From positions 1 through 64,000 of the forward strand of contig JBJHCF010000020.1 in NCBI GenBank assembly GCA_050506795.1: 64,000 nucleotides of DNA, read 5' to 3'. The position numbers and the translations under genes were made by a program. The stretch comes from Opitutia bacterium (lineage in GTDB: Bacteria > Verrucomicrobiota > Verrucomicrobiia > Opitutales > T3Sed10-336). Of the stretch, positions 9,452 through 21,295 are shown piece by piece. The stretch's first letter is position 1. Each line of letters starts with the position of its first letter. The notes under the pieces were generated by a model, which saw nothing but the letters and a program-made list of their open reading frames with translations, was not told where the DNA came from and ran no database searches.

Positions 9452-9518
9452 GGCGGGAGATTAGGGAATTCGGCCGGGGAAAGCACGGAAAAAACCCCGG
9501 TCTTTGCAGCGTGGGTTT

Positions 9519-10979
9519 TTACAGGTAGGGAGATAGGAGTCGGGCGACTCCGTCGCGGATTTTGAAGGGAAACGGGCGCCCTTCGATGTCTTCCAGGGTG
9601 AGACGGCGGGATCGCGCCAGAGTGTCGTCGAAGATCCCGGTCAGTTGGGTCGCCAACTCTCGGTCATAACATTCCACGTTGAACTCGAAATTGAGCAGGA
9701 GGCTGCGTGGATCCCAGTTGGCCGACCCGATGAGGGTCCAGAACTCGTCGACGATGGTGGCCTTGGTGTGTTGAAAGGGTGGCGGGGTGCGCCAAACACG
9801 GCATCCCCAACGAATGATCTGGGACACTTGTGCCAGGCATGCCCAGTCGACGAAGCGCAGGTTGTTGTGCTCCGGAATAAGAATGTCGATCTCCACTCCG
9901 CGCATGGCGGCGGTGTTCATAGCGCTGATCAGGGAATTGTCCGGCAGGAAATAGGGCGTGATAACGCGGACCGACTTTTGCGCGGCGGCCAGGGCGCCGT
10001 GCAGAGTGAGACGCAACCGGTCGAAACTTTCGTCCGGGCCGTCGGTGATGCCGCGCGCGATCACGTTTCCGGCCGGTTCGATTTTCGGGAACCAGGGTTC
10101 GCCGTTCAGGACCTCGCCGCGGCTGAAGGCCCAGTCTTCGGCGAACGTTTCCTGGAGTTCGCTCACCACCGGCCCCTCAACTTCGAAGTGGAGGTCATGG
10201 ATGGGGTGGGAGGGGGCTTCCTTCAGCCGGTTCCCCTGGGCGATGTTCATCCCCCCGGTGAAACCGATGCGGCCGTCGACCACCAGAATCTTGCGGTGAC
10301 TGCGAAGATTCAGGTAGGTCATCTGCCACGGCACGATCGACGGCATGAAGCGCGCGACGTCGATGCCGGCCCGGTGCATACGGCGCAGGATGGTGGGGAA
10401 GGAATATCGAGCCCCAACCGCGTCGATGATCACCCGAACTTCGACGCCCCGTTTGACTGCTCTTTCCAGCGCGGCCACAAAGGCCCGTCCGGTGCCATCG
10501 TTGGCGAAGATATAGGTGCTCAGCGAAATGGAGACCTCGGCCCGGTCGATGGTCTCCAGCATGCGCGGGTAGGCTTCGTCGCCGCAGATCAGCGGGGTCA
10601 AACGGTTGCCGCTGAGGAGGGGGCGGCTGGTGAGGTTGTTGACCAGGCGGGCCAGCGAGACGAGGTGACGTTTTTCCGGGGGAAGGGATTCGGACAGGTT
10701 TTCCAGCGTGCAGGGTGCGAGTTGCTCGGAGGCGTGAAAGGCGGGAATGTCGCTGCGGCGCAGGGTGGCCCTGCGGCTGATCCGGTTGATCCCGAGAATC
10801 AGGTAGAGGACGGTGCCGACGACCGGCACCAGCCAGATTACCCCCACCCATCCTACCGCCGCGCTCGTCTCCCGCTTGGTCAGGATGGCGTGGACCGAAG
10901 CGATGATGGCCATCAGGAGCGTGGCCGCCGCGGCAAAAAGGGGCCAGAGATCGGCCAAAAACTGGAGAAATGCGTGCAA
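9519..10979 (-). CDS. cls: Cardiolipin synthase (PLD family)
   Basis: N-terminal TM pair and two HKD motifs (HRKILVVDG, HTKATIVD) plus GSANWDPRS. Confidence 0.92.
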   Translation of the reverse strand: MHAFLQFLADLWPLFAAAATLLMAIIASVHAILTKRETSAAVGWVGVIWLVPVVGTVLYLILGINRISRRATLRRSDIPAFHASEQLAPCTLENLSESLPPEKRHLVSLARLVNNLTSRPLLSGNRLTPLICGDEAYPRMLETIDRAEVSISLSTYIFANDGTGRAFVAALERAVKRGVEVRVIIDAVGARYSFPTILRRMHRAGIDVARFMPSIVPWQMTYLNLRSHRKILVVDGRIGFTGGMNIAQGNRLKEAPSHPIHDLHFEVEGPVVSELQETFAEDWAFSRGEVLNGEPWFPKIEPAGNVIARGITDGPDESFDRLRLTLHGALAAAQKSVRVITPYFLPDNSLISAMNTAAMRGVEIDILIPEHNNLRFVDWACLAQVSQIIRWGCRVWRTPPPFQHTKATIVDEFWTLIGSANWDPRSLLLNFEFNVECYDRELATQLTGIFDDTLARSRRLTLEDIEGRPFPFKIRDGVARLLSPYL

Positions 10980-11295
10980 TAGAGAGGCAAATTGATTTGG
11001 AGGGGAAGCTAGCGGGCGGCGGGTGGGGGGTCAAGGCGTGAGCGGTGGAAAGCGGGCAATATCAGGTGCTTATCGGGCTATTTTCAAATTGGGGCTTCAC
11101 ATTCCTCCCCGATGTGGTAAACATTGGTCTTTTACGGATGACTGGAGAGTATCCGGCGAACGTGTGGGGTTAAATCCCTTTTGCTGCGTTCCGACAGGCG
11201 GTGCTTTCCGTTTTCATCCCACAACATTTTGGGAGGATCATAACAGTGGTGCGTTCATCCGCAGGATGTTCGCCATGAGAATGATAGGCAAAATT

Positions 11296-12957
11296 ATGGC
11301 AACGAAAGAAGAGAAACTACAGGAGTTTGGGGACAACCCCATCGAGATCCGGGATACGGATCATTACAAAGAGGAGTACATCCACCAGTTTGTGGACAAG
11401 TGGGACCAACTGATCGATTGGGATGCCCGCGAAACGAGTGAAGGTCAGTTTTTTATCGACGAATTAAAAAAGCGCGGTGCCCGGCGCGTGCTGGATGCCG
11501 CCGCCGGCACGGGTTTTCATTCGGTGCGCCTTCTGCGGGCCGGATTTGAGGTGGTTACGGCTGACGGCAGCCCCGAAATGCTGGCCAAAGCCTTCGCCAA
11601 CGGCAAGGACCGCGGGTTTATTCTGCGGACGGTTCAAGCGGATTGGCGCTGGATGAATCGCGATGTGCACGGGAAATTCGATGCCGTGATCTGCCTGGGG
11701 AACTCCTTTACCCACCTTCATTCGGAACACGATCGCCGCAAAACGCTGGCTGAGTTCTACGCCCTGCTGAATCATGACGGCGTGTTGATTCTCGACCAGC
11801 GCAATTACGACAGTATGCTGGATCATGGCTTCTCCTCGAAGCACACCTATTACTACTGCGGGGACAATGTGAAGGCCGAGCCGGAGCACATCGATCCGGG
11901 ATTGGCCCGCTTCCGCTACGAGTTCCCCGACAAATCGGTGTTCCACCTGAACATGTTTCCGCTGCGCAAGGATTACACCACCCGCCTGATGCGTGAGGTC
12001 GGATTCCAGCGCATCAAAACCTACGGGGATTTTCAGGAAACCTACCATGACGACGATCCGGACTTTTTCATCCATGTCGCTGAAAAAAAGTACCTGGATC
12101 CGTCGGAGCTGGAGGAGGATTACCGGGGGCGCACAGCCGTGGTGGCGGACAGCCGGAATTATTACGACAGCGCCGAGGCGGATAATTTTTACGCCAAGAT
12201 CTGGGGTGGGGAAGACATTCACGTTGGCGTCTACGATAAGAAGGGTGAGAGTATCGCCGAAGCCAGTCAACGCACCCTGGATCGCATGACCGGCCTTTTG
12301 CCCAAAGGGATCGACTCCGAGGCCCGTATCCTCGATCTGGGGGCGGGGTACGGCGGATCCGCCCGCTATCTGGTACGGAAATACGGGTGTCACGTCACCT
12401 GCCTGAATATCAGCAATGTTCAGAACCGGCGGAACCGGCGCCTGAATGCGGAGGCCGGTTTAACCGGGAAAATCGATGTCGATGAGGGGGACTTCGAAAA
12501 CGTCCCTTATGCGGACGAGCGATTCGACGTGGTTTGGTCGCAGGATTCCTTCCTCCACAGCGGGGACCGCCGAAAAGCGATTCACGAGGCGGCGCGCGTT
12601 CTCAAAAGTGGGGGCACGCTGATCTTCACCGACCCGATGCAGAGCGAAAGTGCCGACGAGGCAACCCTCAAGCCGGTTCTGGAACGCCTGAAGCTCGATT
12701 CTCTCGGATCGGTCGAGTTCTATCGTCAGGCGGCGCAAGACTTTGACCTGGAGGAGGTTGAGTTCGTCGATTTGTCGGAAAACCTGAGCAAGCACTACGG
12801 TGCGGTCCTGGACCAATTGGAACGTCACCGGGACGAGCTGCTGGAAAAAAGCGGGAAAAAGTACGTGGAAAATATGGCCCGCGGTTTGCGTCACTGGGTG
12901 GAGAACGGAGAAAAGGGGAATCTCAAGTGGGGAATCCTGGTTTTCCGCAAAAAGTAA
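11296..12957 (+). CDS. Fused glycine/sarcosine N-methyltransferase + sarcosine/dimethylglycine N-methyltransferase (de novo glycine betaine synthesis)
   Basis: N-half FGDNPIEIRDTDHY...KWDQLIDW, DAAAGTGFH, CLGNSFTHL, HTYYYCG; C-half YYDS.EADNFY..IWGGEDIHVG, DLGAGYGG, WSQDSFLHS, FTDPM. Confidence 0.9.
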   Translation: MATKEEKLQEFGDNPIEIRDTDHYKEEYIHQFVDKWDQLIDWDARETSEGQFFIDELKKRGARRVLDAAAGTGFHSVRLLRAGFEVVTADGSPEMLAKAFANGKDRGFILRTVQADWRWMNRDVHGKFDAVICLGNSFTHLHSEHDRRKTLAEFYALLNHDGVLILDQRNYDSMLDHGFSSKHTYYYCGDNVKAEPEHIDPGLARFRYEFPDKSVFHLNMFPLRKDYTTRLMREVGFQRIKTYGDFQETYHDDDPDFFIHVAEKKYLDPSELEEDYRGRTAVVADSRNYYDSAEADNFYAKIWGGEDIHVGVYDKKGESIAEASQRTLDRMTGLLPKGIDSEARILDLGAGYGGSARYLVRKYGCHVTCLNISNVQNRRNRRLNAEAGLTGKIDVDEGDFENVPYADERFDVVWSQDSFLHSGDRRKAIHEAARVLKSGGTLIFTDPMQSESADEATLKPVLERLKLDSLGSVEFYRQAAQDFDLEEVEFVDLSENLSKHYGAVLDQLERHRDELLEKSGKKYVENMARGLRHWVENGEKGNLKWGILVFRKK

Positions 12958-12981
12958 AGGCCCCGCCTAGCCGCCTTTTTG

Positions 12982-13016
12982 AAAAATCTCCCGTCGTCTG
13001 ACGGGAGATTTTTTTT
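12982..13016 (+). terminator. Rho-independent terminator
   Basis: aaaaatctcccgtc-gtct-gacgggagattttt stem-loop with T run. Confidence 0.85.
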
Positions 13017-13112
13017 ATTTTTCTCCACGGTTTATATAAACACATCAACCTATCCGAATATTTTGATAAAAGACTTGCGCCGTCCGGGATGATCTTCATA
13101 AATTGGGAGGCT

Positions 13113-14303
13113 ATGTCACAGAAATTTATCTTTTCTTCCGAATCCGTCGGCGAAGGACATCCGGACAAAGTATCGGATTTCATCTCCGACAGCGTGCTGG
13201 ACGCCTGCCTGGAGCAGGATCCCAAGAGCCGCGTGGCCTGCGAGACGCTCGTCAAGAGCAACCAGGTCGTTTTGGGCGGTGAAATCACCACCAAGGCCAA
13301 GTTGAATTACGAGCAGATCGTTCGCGACGCCGTCCGTGAGATCGGCTACGTGAATTCCGACGATATTTTCCATGCGGACGAGATCTTTGTCTCCAATTTC
13401 CTCACCCGGCAGTCTCCCGACATCGCGCAGGGGGTGGATGATCGCCAGGTCGAGGGCAAGGACACCGCCGAGCAGGGGGCCGGTGACCAGGGGATTATGT
13501 TCGGTTACGCGTGCGACGAGACGCCCGAGCTGATGCCGTCGGCGATCATGTATTCGCACCGCCTCGGCGCCGAATTGACCCGCATTCGGAAAGCCGGAGA
13601 AGTGTCCTGGCTGCGGCCCGACGCCAAGTCTCAGGTTTCCATCCGTTATGAGGACGGCAAACCCAAGATAATCACCGCGGTGGTCATCTCCACTCAGCAT
13701 GCCGATGGGATCAAGCACTCCGAGATCAAAAACTATCTGACCGAAAATGTGATCAAAAAGGTGCTGCCGACGGAAATGATGAACGAGGAAACCGAGATTC
13801 TCATCAATCCGACGGGCAAGTTTGTCATCGGCGGTCCGCAGGGCGATTGCGGGCTCACCGGTCGCAAGATCATCGTCGACACCTACGGCGGCTGGAGCCG
13901 TCACGGGGGCGGCGCTTTCTCTGGCAAGGACCCGTCCAAGGTCGACCGCTCGGCCGCCTACATGTGCCGCTGGGTCGCCAAGAACATCGTGGCCGCCGGA
14001 CTGGCCGGCAAGGTGGAGTTGCAGTTGGCATACGCCATCGGCCATCCCCGTCCGATCAGCATTTTTGTGGATACATTCGGTACGGGAAAAGTTGCCGATG
14101 ATCTCATTCGCGAAGCGGTGATCGAGGTCTTCGGTTTCAAGCCTTCGGAAATCGTTGAACAGCTCGACCTGTTGCGCCCGATTTATCGCCGGACCACCAA
14201 CTACGGTCACTTTGGCAAGGATGATTTGCCGTGGGAGCAGACCAACCGGGTGGACGCCTTGAAGAAGGCGGTGGAAAAACACGGTGCGGCGGTTTCCGCC
14301 TGA
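13113..14303 (+). CDS. metK: S-adenosylmethionine synthetase
   Basis: [55 protein letters not shown] before ATG 13113. Confidence 0.98.
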   Translation: MSQKFIFSSESVGEGHPDKVSDFISDSVLDACLEQDPKSRVACETLVKSNQVVLGGEITTKAKLNYEQIVRDAVREIGYVNSDDIFHADEIFVSNFLTRQSPDIAQGVDDRQVEGKDTAEQGAGDQGIMFGYACDETPELMPSAIMYSHRLGAELTRIRKAGEVSWLRPDAKSQVSIRYEDGKPKIITAVVISTQHADGIKHSEIKNYLTENVIKKVLPTEMMNEETEILINPTGKFVIGGPQGDCGLTGRKIIVDTYGGWSRHGGGAFSGKDPSKVDRSAAYMCRWVAKNIVAAGLAGKVELQLAYAIGHPRPISIFVDTFGTGKVADDLIREAVIEVFGFKPSEIVEQLDLLRPIYRRTTNYGHFGKDDLPWEQTNRVDALKKAVEKHGAAVSA

Positions 14304-14386
14304 AGCCGGGATTGCCCATCAAGTTGACGGACGGGCCTGTCCCGGCCGTCCTGGTATTACGTTAAGATTTTAACTGAAAAACATTT

Positions 14387-15811
<1,425 letters not shown>

Positions 15812-15887
15812 GACGAAGCCTTCGCTTTTCCAGGAAATCGGAAGCTTTCCGCGCCATCGCGGAGTTTCTCCTCCAAGAAGCCATATC

Positions 15888-15919
15888 AAGCCCCCGCGGG
15901 AATCCGCGGGGGCTTTTTT
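15888..15919 (+). terminator. Rho-independent terminator
   Basis: aagcccccgcgg-gaat-ccgcgggggctt followed by T tract. Confidence 0.85.
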
Positions 15920-15993
15920 GGAGGCGGAACGCCGGAACGACAAAAACCTAGACAAGACGGGCGGCTTGTCGCCAGTATGACAGTTTTTCCGCT

Positions 15994-16860
15994 ATGAAGA
16001 TCTATCTGGACGGACAGTACGTTGAAAAGGCCGATGCCAGGATTTCCGTGTTCGATCACGGGCTCCTCTACGGCGACGGAGTGTTTGAAGGCATTCGCCT
16101 GTACGACGGCTGCGTCTTTCGGCTGGAGGAACATCTGGAAAGGCTGGAGTTTTCCGCCAAGGCGATTCTCCTGAAACTTCCCCTGTCACGCCGGGAAATG
16201 GCGGATGTGGTCTGTGAAACCTGCCGCCGGAACGGGTTGACCGACGGGTACATCCGGTTGATCGTCACCCGGGGGGTCGGCAACCTCGGTCTATCACCTG
16301 TCGGATGCGAGCGTCCCACGGTCATCGTGATCGCCGACACCATTGCCCTGTATCCCGCGGAGTATTACGAAAAAGGGCTCGATATCGTGACGGTTCCCAC
16401 CCGTCGCATCAATCCGGCTGCCATCAATCCGGCGGTTAAATCGCTGAATTATCTCAACAACGTTCTCGCCCGTATCGAGGCGTCGCAACACGGCGCTCCC
16501 GAGGCGATTATGCTCAACGACCAGGGGTTTGTCGCCGAATGTACGGGAGACAATATTTTCATGTTGCGCAAGGGCCGGCTCTACACCCCGGACACCAGTT
16601 GCGGCGCGCTCAAGGGGATCACCCGTGATGCGGTGTTCGATATTGCACGGGATTTGGACGTACCGCTGGTTGAAGCCAATCTGACGCGTTACGATTTCTG
16701 GACGGCGGAGGAGTGCTTTCTGACCGGAACCGCCGCTGAGGTGGTACCAGTGGTCCGTATCGACGGCCGCGAAGTAGGGGACGGTCATCCGGGGCCGGTG
16801 ACGCAACGTTTCATCGAGAACTTTCGCGAACGGGTGCGCCGGGAAGGCGTGCACCTTTGA
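15994..16860 (+). CDS. ilvE: Branched-chain amino acid aminotransferase (class IV)
   Basis: FDHGLLYGDGVFEGIR, KSLNYLNN, ECTGDNIF, LKGITR, FLTGTAAE. Confidence 0.93.
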   Translation: MKIYLDGQYVEKADARISVFDHGLLYGDGVFEGIRLYDGCVFRLEEHLERLEFSAKAILLKLPLSRREMADVVCETCRRNGLTDGYIRLIVTRGVGNLGLSPVGCERPTVIVIADTIALYPAEYYEKGLDIVTVPTRRINPAAINPAVKSLNYLNNVLARIEASQHGAPEAIMLNDQGFVAECTGDNIFMLRKGRLYTPDTSCGALKGITRDAVFDIARDLDVPLVEANLTRYDFWTAEECFLTGTAAEVVPVVRIDGREVGDGHPGPVTQRFIENFRERVRREGVHL

Positions 16861-17178
16861 AGCCGCCCGAGCCTCGCGGGATCAAGGCTTATTCCTGACG
16901 AATGCGGAATTGCGGGGACAATGCTTTGGGGGGGCAGGGTGCGCGCTTTCGGCGCGCCTTTGCGCCTTTTTGTCTCGTATCAGGTGGAGTCTTTCCGGTT
17001 GGAATGGAGTTTGCGCGCGTTGTCCTCCCGACGTACTGGGCGATTGCGGGATGAAATCGCACGGGGTGGGCTTCCGGCACGGTTCGTGCATGTCTTTCTA
17101 TGGCGATTGAGAGCGGAACGACCGCTCCGGGCAATCTTTTAGTCGATCTTACCGGTTTTAGGTGATATAGTTAAATTC

Positions 17179-17685
17179 ATGGGCAAAGCATTAAAATGTG
17201 ATCTGTGTGATAACCAGGCGACGGTTCATCTGACTCAGATTCTCAACAACAAGATTCACAAAGTGGATTTGTGTGAGCCTTGTGCCCAGGCCAAGGGTGT
17301 CACGGATCCGAACGGATTTTCCCTGGCCGAACTGTTGATCAAGTCGGTGGTGGATGAGCCGCGCGCGTCGACGGAGAATGGAGGCACCTGTCATTCCTGC
17401 GGTTATACCCAGAAGGAATTTCGAAAGACCGGACGTCTGGGGTGCCCGGCCTGCTACGAGCACTTCGGTGAAACGATTCAGGCGATTTTGGGAAACATGC
17501 ATAAAGGCACCCGCCATTGCGGAAAGGTTCCCGCCAACGTCGAGGCCACCCTGTCGCGCCGCGAGGAAGTGACGCGTCTGGAAGAGGAACTGCGGAAGGC
17601 GGTGGCGGCGGAGCGCTACGAGGAGGCGGCAGATTTTCGCGACCGGATCGAGGCCCTGAAGAACACCCGGCAAACCACGAAATAA
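17179..17685 (+). CDS. mcsA: Protein-arginine kinase activator (CxxC motifs + UVR domain)
   Basis: CDLC, CEPC, CHSC, GRLGCPACY, HKGTRHCGK, ERYEEAADFRDRI. Confidence 0.92.
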   Translation: MGKALKCDLCDNQATVHLTQILNNKIHKVDLCEPCAQAKGVTDPNGFSLAELLIKSVVDEPRASTENGGTCHSCGYTQKEFRKTGRLGCPACYEHFGETIQAILGNMHKGTRHCGKVPANVEATLSRREEVTRLEEELRKAVAAERYEEAADFRDRIEALKNTRQTTK

Positions 17686-17690
17686 ATTCC

Positions 17691-18791
17691 ATGCGGATCA
17701 AACCTTTACTTGAAGCCAAGGCCGAGCTGACCCACGGGAATGTCAGCAAGTGCCCCATTGTGCTCAGTACTCGGATCCGCCTGGCCCGGAATCTCGCCGG
17801 TTACTCCTTTCCCGGTTGGGCTTCGCTCGACCAGAGAAAGGAAATCCTGGCCGGTTGTTTCGAGTCCGCCGGTGATGTGACCAGTCTGAAACGGGGGCTT
17901 CGCTTTGATATCGGGGAATTGACCGACTTGGAAAAAAAGATCCTCTTCGAGCGGCACCTCATCAGCCGTGAGCTGATCTCCGGCAAGAACGGCGCCGGAG
18001 TGATTATCGGCAAGGATCAGTCCTGCGTGGTCATGGTCAATGAGGAGGACCACCTTCGGATTCAGGTGCTGCGCAGCGGATTTCATTTCAATCGCGTCTG
18101 GAGGGCGATCGATCGTATTGACTCGGCGATCGAGGAAAAGCTGCCGTACGCCTACTCCCCGCAATTGGGCTACTTGACGGCTTGCCCCACCAATCTGGGG
18201 ACCGGGATGCGCGCGTCCGCTATGATGCACCTTCCGGGGTTGGTGATTTCCAACCAGATGGAGAAAGTAATCCGCGCGGTTAATCAGCTTGGCATCGCGG
18301 TGCGCGGCCTGTTTGGCGAGGGGTCCGACGCCAGCGGAAGCATTTTCCAAATCTCGAATCAAATGACTCTCGGCGAAAGCGAGAGACAGATTATCAAACG
18401 ACTTTCCGGCGTACTCGAAAGCGTCATCGAGCAGGAGAATAATGCTCGCGAACGCCTTTTTGAAAAACAGCCGGTCAAGCTGCGCGACAAGATCGCCCGT
18501 GCTTACGGCATTTTGCGGACTTCGCATCTGATCAGCTCCTCGGAGGCCATGAACCTCCTGTCGCTCATCCGTTTCGGTCTGGATCGCGCGATTTTCGACG
18601 AGGAGCATCGCGACCTGCTCGATCGTTTGATGATCGAATGCCAACCGGGGCATATCCAGTATTCGGCCAAACATCTGGCCGAATCCGAAGAACGGGACGT
18701 CCTGCGCGCCGCTTATCTGCGTAGAGAGTTTGAAAAAATCCCCGAACCCGACTTTGATAACAATAGAAGGAAGCGAACGAGGAAGGACTAA
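17691..18791 (+). CDS. mcsB: Protein arginine kinase
   Basis: STRIRLARNL, NEEDHLRIQ, ACPTNLGTGMRAS, QISNQMTLG; lies between mcsA and clpC. Confidence 0.95.
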   Translation: MRIKPLLEAKAELTHGNVSKCPIVLSTRIRLARNLAGYSFPGWASLDQRKEILAGCFESAGDVTSLKRGLRFDIGELTDLEKKILFERHLISRELISGKNGAGVIIGKDQSCVVMVNEEDHLRIQVLRSGFHFNRVWRAIDRIDSAIEEKLPYAYSPQLGYLTACPTNLGTGMRASAMMHLPGLVISNQMEKVIRAVNQLGIAVRGLFGEGSDASGSIFQISNQMTLGESERQIIKRLSGVLESVIEQENNARERLFEKQPVKLRDKIARAYGILRTSHLISSSEAMNLLSLIRFGLDRAIFDEEHRDLLDRLMIECQPGHIQYSAKHLAESEERDVLRAAYLRREFEKIPEPDFDNNRRKRTRKD

Positions 18792-18793
18792 AC

Positions 18794-21277
18794 ATGGAAC
18801 CGATGAACAATTTCACTCCCCGCGCCCAGCAGGTGCTGGCACTGGCACGGAAGGAAGCCGACCGTTTTCACCATAACTACGTCGGCACTGAGCACATCCT
18901 CCTGGGCTTGATCAAACTTGGCCAGGGCGTTGCGGTCAGTGTGTTGCAAAAGATGGGCCTCGATCTCGGCACGGTGCGCAATGCGGTGGAGAAACAGGTC
19001 GGCATGGGACCGGAGGGAAAGCCGACCGGCAACATCCCCTACACACCGCGCGTGAAAAAAGTGCTCGCGCTGGCCGGTAAGGAAGCCAAGGCGCTCAATC
19101 ACAGCTACGTGGGTACGGAGCACATCCTGCTTGGCCTGTTGCGCGAGGGCGAAGGCGTCGCGGCTCGTGTTCTCAAGTCGCTGGAAATCGATATCGAGCG
19201 TACCCGCAACGAGATTCTCAGCGAACTGGATCCCCAGTTCTCCGGCGAGGCGGAGGAATCCATGGCCTCGGGCCGTTCGGGCGGCGACGAAAAGAAGGAC
19301 CAGAAAACTCCGGCGCTCAAGGCGTTTGGCCGTGATTTGACCGAACTCGCGCAGAAGGGGGATTTGGATCCGGTGGTCGGACGACAAACCGAAATCCGTC
19401 GGGTGATCCAGATTCTCTGCCGCCGCACCAAGAACAACCCGGTGCTGATCGGTGAGGCCGGGGTGGGCAAGACCGCCATCGTCGAAGGCCTGGCCATTGA
19501 AGTGGCCAACGGTATCGTGCCGGAAATTCTGGCCGACAAGCGGATCATTACTCTCGATCTCGCGCTCATGGTTGCCGGCACCAAGTACCGGGGCCAGTTC
19601 GAAGAGCGTATCAAGGCCGTGATGGAGGAGATCAAGCGCATGAAGAACGTCATCATCTTCATCGACGAGCTCCACACCATCGTCGGAGCGGGAGCCGCCG
19701 AGGGAGCGATGGACGCCTCCAATATTTTTAAACCGGCGCTGTCCCGGGGTGAGCTCCAGTGCATCGGCGCCACCACGCTGGGTGAGTACCGCAAGTATAT
19801 CGAAAAGGACAGCGCGCTCGATCGCCGTTTCCAAAGCGTCAAGGTCGACGCGCCCTCGGTGGAGGACTCCATTCTCATTCTCAAGGGAATCCGTTCCAAA
19901 TACGAGGAGCATCACAAGGTCACTTACACCGATCGTTCGCTGGATGTCGCGGTCAAGCTGTCCGATCGCTATATTACCGGGCGTTTCCTGCCCGACAAGG
20001 CCATCGATGTGCTCGACGAGGCCGGCGCCCGCGCACGTATCGCGTCGCTCAACCGCCCCCCCGCCATTGAAGAGCTGGGTAAGGAGATCGATCTGGTTTG
20101 CGGCAAAAAGGAAGAAGCGATCAGTAAGCAGCATTTTGAGGAAGCGGCCAAGTTTCGCGACCAGGAAAAGCAGCTCCGCGCCAAGCGCGAACACGCCATG
20201 GAGGAGTGGAAGCGCACCCGAAAGGAGACCCAGATCACGGTCGACGAGGAGGACATGCTCCAAATCGTAGCCGATTGGACCGGTATTCCGCTCAGCCGTC
20301 TGGAGAAAAAGGAAGCGGAAAAACTGCTCAATATCGAAAAGGAACTGCAACGGTCGGTAATCGGGCAGGATGACGCCACCCTGGCCATCGCCAAAGCGCT
20401 GCGGCGCTCGCGGGCCGATCTTAAGGATCCGCGCCGGCCCATCGGCTCGTTCCTGTTTCTCGGCCCCACCGGGGTGGGCAAGACTCACCTGGCCAAGACG
20501 CTGGCCGAGAAAATGTTCGGGAATCAGGATTCGATCATCCAGATCGACATGTCCGAGTACATGGAAAAGTTTTCCTTGTCCCGTCTGATCGGATCCCCTC
20601 CGGGGTACGTCGGCTACGAAGAGGGCGGTCAGCTGTCCGAAGCGGTTCGTCGTCGTCCCTACTCGGTGATTCTTTTCGACGAGGTGGAAAAGGCCCATCC
20701 GGAAGTTATCCAGCTCCTGTTACAGGTGCTGGAGGATGGACGTCTCACCGACAGTCTCGGACGCCGGGTTGATTTCCGCAATACGGTCATTATCATGACC
20801 TCCAACGTTGGCGCCCAACTCATTCAGAAGCAGACTTCGATGGGCTTCGGGGCCACCAACACCGGCATGGATGATTTCGAGAAGACGAAGGAGAAGATCA
20901 ACGAGGAAGCCAAAAGGATCTTCAAACCGGAGTTCCTCAACCGGATCAGCGACATCATTGTCTTCCGCTCGCTCGACCGTGAGGATGTGCTGGCAATCGT
21001 TGATCTGGAGGTCGCGCAGCTCTCGAAGCGTTTGAAGGATCGCAAGATCACTCTGAATGTGGATGCGGAAGCCAAGGCCTTTATCGGCGAGAAGGGTTAC
21101 GACGACAAGTACGGCGCGCGTCCTCTCAGGCGCGCGGTGGAACAGTACATCGAAGACCCGTTGGCCGAGGCACTCTTGCGTGGCGACATCAAGGCGGGTC
21201 ACCCCGTTCAGGTCGTTCGCGAGGGAGACAAACTCGGGTTCCGTCAGGAGAGCCCGACCGAAGAGATCTCGCGCTGA
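18794..21277 (+). CDS. clpC: ATP-dependent Clp protease ATP-binding subunit ClpC
   Basis: Double Clp-N repeats, [11 protein letters not shown] middle domain, [13 protein letters not shown] ClpP-binding loop. Confidence 0.97.
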   Translation: MEPMNNFTPRAQQVLALARKEADRFHHNYVGTEHILLGLIKLGQGVAVSVLQKMGLDLGTVRNAVEKQVGMGPEGKPTGNIPYTPRVKKVLALAGKEAKALNHSYVGTEHILLGLLREGEGVAARVLKSLEIDIERTRNEILSELDPQFSGEAEESMASGRSGGDEKKDQKTPALKAFGRDLTELAQKGDLDPVVGRQTEIRRVIQILCRRTKNNPVLIGEAGVGKTAIVEGLAIEVANGIVPEILADKRIITLDLALMVAGTKYRGQFEERIKAVMEEIKRMKNVIIFIDELHTIVGAGAAEGAMDASNIFKPALSRGELQCIGATTLGEYRKYIEKDSALDRRFQSVKVDAPSVEDSILILKGIRSKYEEHHKVTYTDRSLDVAVKLSDRYITGRFLPDKAIDVLDEAGARARIASLNRPPAIEELGKEIDLVCGKKEEAISKQHFEEAAKFRDQEKQLRAKREHAMEEWKRTRKETQITVDEEDMLQIVADWTGIPLSRLEKKEAEKLLNIEKELQRSVIGQDDATLAIAKALRRSRADLKDPRRPIGSFLFLGPTGVGKTHLAKTLAEKMFGNQDSIIQIDMSEYMEKFSLSRLIGSPPGYVGYEEGGQLSEAVRRRPYSVILFDEVEKAHPEVIQLLLQVLEDGRLTDSLGRRVDFRNTVIIMTSNVGAQLIQKQTSMGFGATNTGMDDFEKTKEKINEEAKRIFKPEFLNRISDIIVFRSLDREDVLAIVDLEVAQLSKRLKDRKITLNVDAEAKAFIGEKGYDDKYGARPLRRAVEQYIEDPLAEALLRGDIKAGHPVQVVREGDKLGFRQESPTEEISR

Positions 21278-21295
21278 TATTCTCCGCTGCCCGCG

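Noticed and set aside
11130..11295. Canonical glycine or SAM riboswitch
   Set aside because: GGAGA and CAGG are present, but the P2/CCGAAG/CUCUCAGG arrangement and the SAM-I core are not; kept only as an unclassified candidate.
16860..17070. ncRNA between ilvE and mcsA
   Set aside because: Only a short GCGCGC hairpin with a T run (possible terminator) is seen; no recognisable RNA family.
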